Source: an uncultured Bacillota bacterium
GTDB taxonomy: Bacteria; Bacillota_I; Bacilli_A; RFN20; CAG-826
Reading direction: 5' to 3'
NCBI GenBank assembly: GCA_949298195.1
Contig: CASFVT010000019.1
Location: forward strand, 1,664-65,663
Length of the DNA stretch: 64,000 bases
The first letter of the stretch is position 1. Each line of letters opens with the position of its first letter. A model generated the notes under the pieces. It saw nothing but the letters and a program-made list of their open reading frames with translations. It had not been told where the DNA came from and did no database searches. Positions 55,542 to 64,000 of this stretch are shown piece after piece. Position numbers and translations under genes: made by a program.

Positions 55542-56143
55542 TCACTTCATCGACAATAGAAATTTCACAAGGCGATGGACCTGAGTCCGACCATTGATTG
55601 GAACTGCATCCCCTGCTACCTGGGTATCAAGGGACTCGGAAAACGAGATGGCGTTTTCCGTGCGGCTTTGAATCATGGAGAATACATCGTAATTCTTCGT
55701 ATATCCGGGAATGTACTTTCGAATAGTGCCCAAAACCTTCTCCTGACTGGGAAGTAGGCAGGTGATTCGAGAAAATGGCATAGGAACCACATTTCGAAAC
55801 ATGGATTGGAAAAACAAACGGCAATCTTTTGATATTCCTTCTGCAAAAACAGCTTGTTTTTCATCAATTCATTTCTTTTCCGATCAGTATCGACATCAAC
55901 CAAGAGATAGGCCCTGTCGCCTCTATTTGAATTGAATCCTCGGCGTTTGAGAGTATCCAAGGCATAGTCGAACATCCCCTTTAAATCACTGTGTTTGGAG
56001 CTTATCGCTCGAATGGAATATGCATTCTGAAGACCATGGAAATGGGAAAAATAGTTGACCTCGGTCTTGTTGTCGTTGCCCTCGCAGAAAATGAAACAGA
56101 CTGGCTTTCTTTTCTTCAGCCCCGATTTCATAACTCGAGGCAT
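55542..56143 (-). pseudogene. RloB-like (Toprim-like) protein gene, disrupted by a 1-nt frameshift
   Basis: N-part (ORF 55673..56143) reads KPVCFIFCEGNDNKTEVNYF...CFSNPCFEMWFLCHF, typical of RloB. The expected C-part SRITCLLPSQEKVLGTIRKYIPGYTKNYD...ENAISFSESL lies in the frame of ORF 55542..55817. The frames join if the T4 run (minus strand, 55772-55775) is read as T5, giving about 200 aa. Confidence 0.65.
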
Positions 56144-57376
56144 TCCTCCCCAATGTAAGGAAGGTCGACATATCTACCGGCCAAATACCCCTTGAGGACA
56201 TCGTCGCTTTTTCGAACGGAATAGGCGGCAAGTGGGCTCAGAAAGGTAGTTCCCTTTTCCCTGTCCCTTTCGGTGAAGACGATTTGATCCCTCCTCAGCA
56301 ATCCCTCGTCCATCAAGAGGAGGTCGTGGGAATTGAAGAGGATTTGAGCCCCTGTTTTGTTCACGTCGGGATCAAAGAAGAGAGAAAGCAAATAGGTAGC
56401 CAGCTCGTGATGGAGCGAGGAGCCGAATTCATCGATCACAAGCAAAAGTCCATTGTTGAGGGCATTGAAGAACAGACCGGACAGGGCCATTACCTTCTGC
56501 GTGCCCAAGGATTCCTCATAGAGCCCGAGCTCATGCGTCTTCCCATCGATCACGTGTCTTGAAAAAACACGATTGATTTCACCGTTGAACTGAGGATTTC
56601 CCTGAGATGAAAAGGGGAGGTTCAGCGGGAGGGCAAATTGAACCTTCTCCTTCCTTTCGCTTATGTCATCGATACTCAAATCGGAGACCCTGAGTAGTGA
56701 AAGAAGGAACTTGCGATACGCGTTTGACGAGCCAAGCAATTGTCCTATCCCGTCTTCGTTGGGTTGGAAGCCTTCTGGCTGAAAAATGAGCCCACGGGCA
56801 AAGAAATCGAAAGCCTCTGAAAGGTAGTTGACGTTGAGCTGGGCCCCGAGGGTCAAAACGGGCTTGCAGTCAAGGATTCTCGCAGCAAGCAATTTGACGA
56901 GGTCATCGGAGAAAAGGGCCTTATTGAAACGAACGACCCCCTCATTGTCGCGGACGAAAACGACCGTTTTCCTTTTCTTGAGGTAGGTGATCAACTCTTC
57001 CCGCTCGATCCGTTCGGAGGTAAGGGAAACCGAATAGGCGAACTCTCTCTTGGTGGGAAAAGCGTATGGCAAAAGAAGTCGCCCCCTTGGCCGTCGTGCC
57101 ATCGAAGGCAAATGGGATAATCCACGGGAGTTTGAAACCGGCAACCGCATTGACGGTCCCGATCACGGTTTGTTGAAGGGCGCTGACGGCTTTGACAACG
57201 TTGCTTTTGCCGGTCGCATTGCCACCGAAAAGACCCACGGCCTTCAGAATGCGTTTACCGCCGTTTTCAAAGTAAGCCGGATAACGGACATTGTCGTCGA
57301 GCCCATTCCCGGCAAAGGAGACAGAGACTCTTTCTTTGATGGAGCGGAAGTTGGCTACCGAGAATTCGAAAAGCAT
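56128..57376 (-). pseudogene. AAA_21/ABC-type ATPase gene (AbiLi/AriA-like), disrupted by a frameshift
   Basis: N-part (ORF 56942..57376) reads MLFEFSVANFRSIKERVSVSF...GLFGGNATGKSNVVKA (Walker A). The continuation EFAYSVSLTSERIEREELITYL...LLVIDEFGSSLHHEL (Walker B)...FNSHDLLLMD lies in the frame of ORF 56128..57150. The switch maps to the (AG)4 run at 57043-57050. The stop overlaps the RloB start by 16 nt. Confidence 0.7.
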
Positions 57377-57505
57377 GCTATGACCTCTGTCGCCATTATA
57401 TAGGTTGATATAGATATTTGCATGAAATTAGCAAATATCATTTTTTATAGTGTGATAAGAGGACACTTTTAAAATATTTTGCTTATTTTTTGCAAATTAT
57501 AGAAA

Positions 57506-58522
57506 TCACTTGATTCCTTCCGGGTTCATTTTCTGGAAGTTGTAAGCATCGCGGCAGGCATCCTCGACGGTGAGGACGGCCCTCCAGTGGAGCTCCCTTT
57601 CGGCCTTCGAGCAGTCGGCGTAGTTGCTGGCAACGTCTCCTGGCCGCCGGGGAGCGATGACATAGGGAATCTTGACCCCGGTCGCTTTCTCAAAAGCTTT
57701 CACGACCTCAAGGACAGAGGTTCCACGGCCGGTTCCGAGATTGTAGACATCGACCCCCTTGAGGGTCTCTAGGCGCTTGAGGGCCGCGACATGCCCGCGG
57801 GCCAAATCGACGACGTGGATGTAGTCGCGCACCCCGGTCCCGTCCGGGGTCGGGTAGTCGTCCCCGTTGACATTCAGGTGATTTAGGCGACCGATGGCCA
57901 CTTGGCTCACATACGGCATGAGGTTATTGGGGATGCCGTTCGGATCCTCGCCCAAAAGCCCCGATGGATGGGCTCCGATGGGGTTGAAGTAACGTAGGAG
58001 GATGCCTTTGAAATCCGGGTCGGCCTTTGCCTCGTCCTCGATGATCCGTTCAATCATGATCTTGGTTTCCCCATAGGGGTTGGTTGCTTCCTGCACGGGG
58101 TCGGTCTCGACGAGGGGCAAGCGGCTGGGAACCCCATAGACGGTAGCCGAGGAGGAGAAGATGATTCCGTGGACGTCGTGCCGTTTCATGAGGCGGAGGA
58201 CGACGATGGAGGAAAGGAGGTTGTTTCGGTAATACTCGAGGGGCTTCTCCACGCTTTCGGCCACGGCCTTGTAGCCGGCAAAGTGGATGACCGCATCGAT
58301 TTCATTTTCCCCGAAGACTTTTTCAAGGGCCTTTTCATCGCAGCAATCGACCTGGTAAAAGGCCGGTCGGACCTTGGTAAGTTCCTCAATGCGGTCGAGG
58401 ACGGCCGACTTGCTATTGAAGAGATTGTCGACCACGACCGGCTCATAGCCGTTCTTGATCAACTCGATGGTCGTCTCGCTTCCGATGAAGCCGAGGCCCC
58501 CGGTGACCAGTATCCTTTTCAT
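57506..58522 (-). CDS. galE: UDP-glucose 4-epimerase
   Basis: 338 aa. ILVTGGLGFIGS Rossmann, YGETK (YxxxK) and overall GalE colinearity. Confidence 0.92.
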   Translation of the reverse strand: MKRILVTGGLGFIGSETTIELIKNGYEPVVVDNLFNSKSAVLDRIEELTKVRPAFYQVDCCDEKALEKVFGENEIDAVIHFAGYKAVAESVEKPLEYYRNNLLSSIVVLRLMKRHDVHGIIFSSSATVYGVPSRLPLVETDPVQEATNPYGETKIMIERIIEDEAKADPDFKGILLRYFNPIGAHPSGLLGEDPNGIPNNLMPYVSQVAIGRLNHLNVNGDDYPTPDGTGVRDYIHVVDLARGHVAALKRLETLKGVDVYNLGTGRGTSVLEVVKAFEKATGVKIPYVIAPRRPGDVASNYADCSKAERELHWRAVLTVEDACRDAYNFQKMNPEGIK

Positions 58523-59238
58523 TCCCCTTCCTCCTTCTTCTGCCTTTTCTTGGCATCCTTCTTTTTCATCTTGAGGGCAGCGTCTTTCTTCTCCCGGAGT
58601 TCCTTGGCCGCGTCGACATCGAGGCGGGCCATCCCCTTCTCGAGCTTCCGGTTCTTCTTGAGAGGGCTTTCGCCCTTCTCCTCGGCCACATAGGAGAGGA
58701 GGAGGGAAGCCAGCATTTTGTGCGCGGTGGCTTCGATCGAGGCGCGGAGGGCCAAGAGGGCGGCCCGGTCGCGGAGGGCCTTCTCGTCGCTTGCATCGAT
58801 TCCTTCTTTGAAACGCTTCAACCTCGAGGCGAGGCGGCTGGCACTCTCCTTCATGATGTCCGCGCTCATCGAACGGAAGAAACCGTAGAGGACGCTCTTG
58901 TCCTTGCTGAGCTCGGAATCGAGTTCGATGAGCATGGCGATTTCCGACATCGAAAGTGTCTTCTTCAAAGTGGAAATCGCCAGCAAATAGCCAATGTGTT
59001 CCTTGGAATAGCGTTTCTTCTCGGGTTCGGAGATGATTCTTGCCTTCACGTAGTTGTTGACCATGAAGGAGGTGAGGAGGGGTTCCCCGCCTTTGTTGAT
59101 CGGGGCAAAGACGTCCCGGACGTAATCGGTCACCTGTTCCATGTATAAACCGATACCCGGAAGATCCTTGTAAGGAGGGAGCTCAAAGGAAGCGAGGCTT
59201 TCCACGTACTCTTCCAGTTCGTCGTATCTGTCTTTCAT
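58519..59238 (-). CDS. DUF1836-family protein with Lys-rich C-terminal tail
   Basis: LYMEQVTDYV...LTSFMVNNYVKARIISEPEKKRYSKEHIGYLLAISTLKKTLSMSEI matches the DUF1836 pattern. The tail reads KMKKKDAKKRQKKEEGE. 4-nt overlap with galE. Confidence 0.6.
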   Translation of the reverse strand: MKDRYDELEEYVESLASFELPPYKDLPGIGLYMEQVTDYVRDVFAPINKGGEPLLTSFMVNNYVKARIISEPEKKRYSKEHIGYLLAISTLKKTLSMSEIAMLIELDSELSKDKSVLYGFFRSMSADIMKESASRLASRLKRFKEGIDASDEKALRDRAALLALRASIEATAHKMLASLLLSYVAEEKGESPLKKNRKLEKGMARLDVDAAKELREKKDAALKMKKKDAKKRQKKEEGE

Positions 59239-59312
59239 GCCCGTTTGTAATTCTAGCGTTTTTCAGGGCACCCTTCCTCTACAAGGAAAAGACCGCCATG
59301 GAAATCCGCATA

Positions 59313-59334
59313 TCAAAAGGGGCCCGAAGGCCCC
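59313..59334 (-). terminator. intrinsic terminator of the gatCAB operon
   Basis: Minus strand GGGGCC-TTCG-GGCCCC followed by TTTTGATAT, 8 nt after the gatB stop. Confidence 0.7.
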
Positions 59335-59341
59335 AACTTGA

Positions 59342-60769
59342 TCACCTCTTCGCGAGTTCCTCCTTGAGGAGCTCCATCACCAAGGACGGCTTGGCCTTTC
59401 CCTTCGAGAGTTTCATAACCTGCCCGACCAGATAGGAGATGGCCCGGTCCTTCCCGGCCTTGTAATCGGCGATGGACTGGGGATTGTTATCCAAAGCCGC
59501 GTTCACGAATTCGAGGACGGCCGCGCGGTCATCGAGCATGGCGACGATCCCGAGGGCGCTTTTGGCCTCAAGGGGCCGCAAGCCGTCGTTCAGGCACTTG
59601 AAGAGGATGTCCGCACCCTGCTTATGGGTGAGGTTCTCCTTCTTGAGGAGAAGGACGATTTCCCCGAGATCGAGCGGATCGAGGCTTATTCCGTCGATGG
59701 ACTTCCCGGTTTTGTTGAGATGGGAATTCATTTCGACAATGAGGAAGTTGGCCACTTCCTTGCTCGAGGCCCCACCGGAAACGGCCTTCTCGAAATAAGA
59801 AGCCATCGCCGGGTCCATCAGAATGATCTCGGCATCCTTTTCGGAGAGGCCCATCGCAAGGTAACGCTCGAATTTGCTCTCATAGAGCTCGGGGCAGCTC
59901 CTGATTGCCTCCGCGACGAAATCCTCGCTCAGGCGGATGGGGGTGATGTTCGGCTCGGCGAAGTACTTGTAGTCCACCGCATCCGTCTTCACACGCATGA
60001 GGGAGGTCACCCCCCGACTCTCGTCGTAACGCCGGGTCTCCTGGAGGATCTTCTCGCCCGACAAAAGGGCCCTCGATTGGCGGAGGATCTCATAATCGAT
60101 CGCGTCTTGGATGTTCCTTATGGAGTTGAGGTTCTTGATTTCGACCTTTGTCCCGAACTCGCTTTGGCCATAGGGACGGAGGGAGATGTTCACGTCGACC
60201 CGGAGTGAGCCTTCTTCCATCTTGCCGTCCGAGGTTCCCGAATAGACGACGATGTTCCGAATGGCCTCGACGTATTTCATCGCGTCGTAGCCATCGTGCA
60301 TCTCCGGCCGGGAAACAATCTCGACGAGGGGCACCCCAGCCCGGTTGTAGTCAAGGAGGGTGTAGTCGACGAAGTGGGTCTGCTTACAGGTGTCTTCCTC
60401 CATGTGGATCCGTTCGATCCCGATCCGCTTCTTCTTCCCATCCCGCCTGATCTCGAGATAGCCGTCGGAGCCGATGGGCCGCCTCTGCTGGGTGATCTGA
60501 TAGCCCTTCGGGAGGTCGGGATAGAAATAATTCTTCCGATCGAAATGGAGTTCGCGGTCGATTTTCATGTGGAGGGCGTTGGCCACCCGGATGGCTTTCC
60601 GCACGGCTTCCTTGTTTACGACCGGCATCGTCCCCGGGAAGGCCATGTCGAGGGGGGCCACTTCGGTATTGACGTTCCGGGAGAAAGAGTTCGGCGCGGC
60701 GGAGAACATCTTGCTCCGCGTCTTCATCTCGACGTGGATCTCGAGCCCGATGACCGCTTCGAAGTTCAT
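59342..60769 (-). CDS. gatB: Asp-tRNA(Asn)/Glu-tRNA(Gln) amidotransferase subunit B
   Basis: 475 aa. MNFEAVIGLEIHVEMKTRSKMFS and IERIHMEEDTCK are hallmark GatB segments. ATGA overlap with gatA. Confidence 0.95.
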   Translation of the reverse strand: MNFEAVIGLEIHVEMKTRSKMFSAAPNSFSRNVNTEVAPLDMAFPGTMPVVNKEAVRKAIRVANALHMKIDRELHFDRKNYFYPDLPKGYQITQQRRPIGSDGYLEIRRDGKKKRIGIERIHMEEDTCKQTHFVDYTLLDYNRAGVPLVEIVSRPEMHDGYDAMKYVEAIRNIVVYSGTSDGKMEEGSLRVDVNISLRPYGQSEFGTKVEIKNLNSIRNIQDAIDYEILRQSRALLSGEKILQETRRYDESRGVTSLMRVKTDAVDYKYFAEPNITPIRLSEDFVAEAIRSCPELYESKFERYLAMGLSEKDAEIILMDPAMASYFEKAVSGGASSKEVANFLIVEMNSHLNKTGKSIDGISLDPLDLGEIVLLLKKENLTHKQGADILFKCLNDGLRPLEAKSALGIVAMLDDRAAVLEFVNAALDNNPQSIADYKAGKDRAISYLVGQVMKLSKGKAKPSLVMELLKEELAKR

Positions 60770-62235
60770 AAGAGGCCCTCCTTCTTGTTGATGGCGGAGA
60801 CACCGGCGAGTCCGGTGACCTTCTCCACTTCGTAGGCAAAGCGGAAGAGGGTCTTCTCTTCGTGAGCCCGGCCCATCGCGTTGACCCCGAGGGGGAGGCC
60901 GTCCTCGAAAGCGAGCGGAAGGCTAATCGAGGGGAGCCCGGCGAAGTTGCCGAGGGCAAGGTGGTTGTCGTCGATGAGGTAGGAAGAGGAAAGCCGGTCG
61001 CTACTCGCGTCGAAGCGGGGGGCCACTCCCGGCGCGGCCGGTAAGTAAACGATGTCGTGCGAACCGTAGATCTCGTTCAGCCGGTCGACGATGAGCCGCC
61101 GGAGGCGTTGGGCCCGGAGGAAGAGTTCTTCCTGGTTCTCCCTCATCAGGCAATAGCTACCGATGACGAAACGGCGCTTGATGAGCTCGCTGAAGCCATT
61201 GGTACGAGCCTTCTTAATCGTTTCCTCGTAGTTCTTCCCCTCGTAATGGGGCCCGAACTTGATGCCATCGAGGTTGGCGTCGTTGCTGGTCGCCTCGGCA
61301 CATGAAATGACCATGTAGGCCGGATAGACGGCTCTCAGGAGGTCGAGCCCGAATTCCACTTCCTCGACCATCGCCCCGCGCTTACTCAGGCGGTCGAGGG
61401 ACGCGAAGAACTTGTCCTTGAGGGTCTTCGAGGGCAAGGAATCGACGATTTCCTTGAAGTAGGCGACCCTGAGCCCGGCGATTCCCCGATCGATGTCGAC
61501 GAGGCAATCGTCGATGGGGAGGGAAGAACTGGTCGCGTCCTTTTCGTCACGACCGGCAAGGGCCGAGAAAAGGACGGCTGCGCCCTTGACTTCGCGGGTG
61601 AAATAGCCGACGTGGTCAAGGGAAGGGGCAAAGGGGAAAAGCCCGTAGCGGGATATCCTCCCCCAAGTCGGCTTCACCCCGACAAGCCCCCCGTACGCGG
61701 CCGGCTTCCGAACCGAATCCCCGGTATCGCTGCCAAGGGAGAAACTTCCGATTCCGGCGGCCAAGGAGGCGGCCGAACCGGAGGAGGAACCACCAATCAT
61801 CCGTTCGTGAGAGGGGTCGTAGGGATTGTAGGTCGGCCCGAGGTGGGAGGTCGTTCCCGTCCCGCCCATCGCGAGTTCGTCCATCGAGGCCTTGGCGATG
61901 AGGACGCACTTCCTATCCTTCAACTTGGCAATGACCGTCGCGTCGAAAAGGGGCACGTAGCCTTTGAGGACGTTACTCGAGGCAGTCGTTTCGATCCCCT
62001 TGGTCGAGAAATTGTCCTTGGCCACGTACGGGAGCCCCCATAGAAGGTTGTCCTTCTCCGGCTCGACGAGGGCGGTCGCCTCCTCAATGGCTTCCTTTTC
62101 GAGGATCTTCTCGAAGGAATTCGTCTTATCGGCCTTCGCCCTCTTCAGGGCTTCCCGAGCCAATTCCAATGGCGTCGTCTTTTTGCTCACGAGGGCTTCG
62201 TGGAGTTCCACGATCCCCAAATCAAGATAGTGCAT
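60766..62235 (-). CDS. gatA: Asp-tRNA(Asn)/Glu-tRNA(Gln) amidotransferase subunit A
   Basis: 489 aa with the amidase signature GGSSSGSAASLAAG...GSDTGDSVRKPAA. Confidence 0.95.
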   Translation of the reverse strand: MHYLDLGIVELHEALVSKKTTPLELAREALKRAKADKTNSFEKILEKEAIEEATALVEPEKDNLLWGLPYVAKDNFSTKGIETTASSNVLKGYVPLFDATVIAKLKDRKCVLIAKASMDELAMGGTGTTSHLGPTYNPYDPSHERMIGGSSSGSAASLAAGIGSFSLGSDTGDSVRKPAAYGGLVGVKPTWGRISRYGLFPFAPSLDHVGYFTREVKGAAVLFSALAGRDEKDATSSSLPIDDCLVDIDRGIAGLRVAYFKEIVDSLPSKTLKDKFFASLDRLSKRGAMVEEVEFGLDLLRAVYPAYMVISCAEATSNDANLDGIKFGPHYEGKNYEETIKKARTNGFSELIKRRFVIGSYCLMRENQEELFLRAQRLRRLIVDRLNEIYGSHDIVYLPAAPGVAPRFDASSDRLSSSYLIDDNHLALGNFAGLPSISLPLAFEDGLPLGVNAMGRAHEEKTLFRFAYEVEKVTGLAGVSAINKKEGLL

Positions 62236-62532
62236 CTAGCCTACCACCTTCGGGAGTTTGATCTCCCCGTCTTTGACACTGCCGGCGTTGGCCAATACCT
62301 CGTCCCGACTGAGGGGCTCCTCGGGAGTGTCCTCCCGAAGGTAGGCGGTCGCACACTCGAAAGGGAAGGTCATGGGCTCGATTTGGCTTAATCCTTCCAC
62401 CTTTTCCATCATTTCCATCTGGGCAAGGAGGATCTTGAATTCCTCCAGGAGGAGGTCGTATTCCTTGTCGCTCATCGAGAAGAGGAGCCGGTTCGCGGCA
62501 TCGATGAGCACGTCTTTGTCTACTTTCTTCAT
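62236..62532 (-). CDS. gatC: Asp-tRNA(Asn)/Glu-tRNA(Gln) amidotransferase subunit C
   Basis: 98 aa, directly abutting gatA. GatC-like LREDTPEEPLSRDEVLANA. Confidence 0.9.
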   Translation of the reverse strand: MKKVDKDVLIDAANRLLFSMSDKEYDLLLEEFKILLAQMEMMEKVEGLSQIEPMTFPFECATAYLREDTPEEPLSRDEVLANAGSVKDGEIKLPKVVG

Positions 62533-62559
62533 ATTCGCTTTCCAGGCATCTTAGCACAT

Positions 62560-64000
<1,441 letters not shown>

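Larger units (their letters stand above)
55500..57500. other. small AT-richer islet carrying the degraded ATPase/RloB module
   Basis: Codon third positions and the intergenic sequence (57377-57505) are visibly AT-rich compared with the flanking hydrolase and galE genes. Confidence 0.45.

Overview
High-GC (about 60% in spot counts of single lines), almost fully coding chromosomal segment. Gene order looks like Bacillota or Mycoplasmatota, but I cannot assign a taxon. The standard code applies: many ATGA start/stop overlaps use TGA as stop. Positions 1-21 kb hold minus-strand housekeeping genes: rpsI/rplM, an MFS transporter, a YebC/YeeN-type regulator, a PHP phosphatase, truA, ecfT-ecfA2-ecfA1, comEB, a GH13 glucosidase, folT-like/folC, smpB, an M6-like metalloprotease, hemolysin III, gpmA and a degenerate PFK-like gene. 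A short plus-strand block carries a CDF transporter, desulfoferrodoxin and patatin. The most unusual locus is an 11.6-kb, nine-gene, translationally coupled minus-strand operon (21386-33009). It encodes two paralogous proteins with SipW-type signal peptides, an extended SipW signal peptidase, a McrB-like AAA+ NTPase whose N-terminus is a polytopic membrane domain, a McrC/DUF2357-like partner ending in a zinc ribbon, an ABC exporter, a 792-aa Big_2/beta-helix-like surface protein and a lipoprotein. Divergent from this operon is an orphan minimal class III nucleotidyl cyclase (33569-34303). A lower-GC glycan-synthesis island follows (about 34.3-45.9 kb): glycosyltransferases, Wzy, Wzx and Ugd. 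It abuts native high-GC genes for UDP-L-FucNAc synthesis (FnlABC/CapEFG-like) and a second flippase/ligase-like pair. A second small low-GC islet (55.5-57.5 kb) holds an AbiL/PARIS-like ATPase + RloB pair, each gene broken by one frameshift in a simple repeat. The window ends with galE, a DUF1836 gene, gatCAB and partial ligA. I found no rRNA, tRNA, CRISPR array, transposase or integrase.
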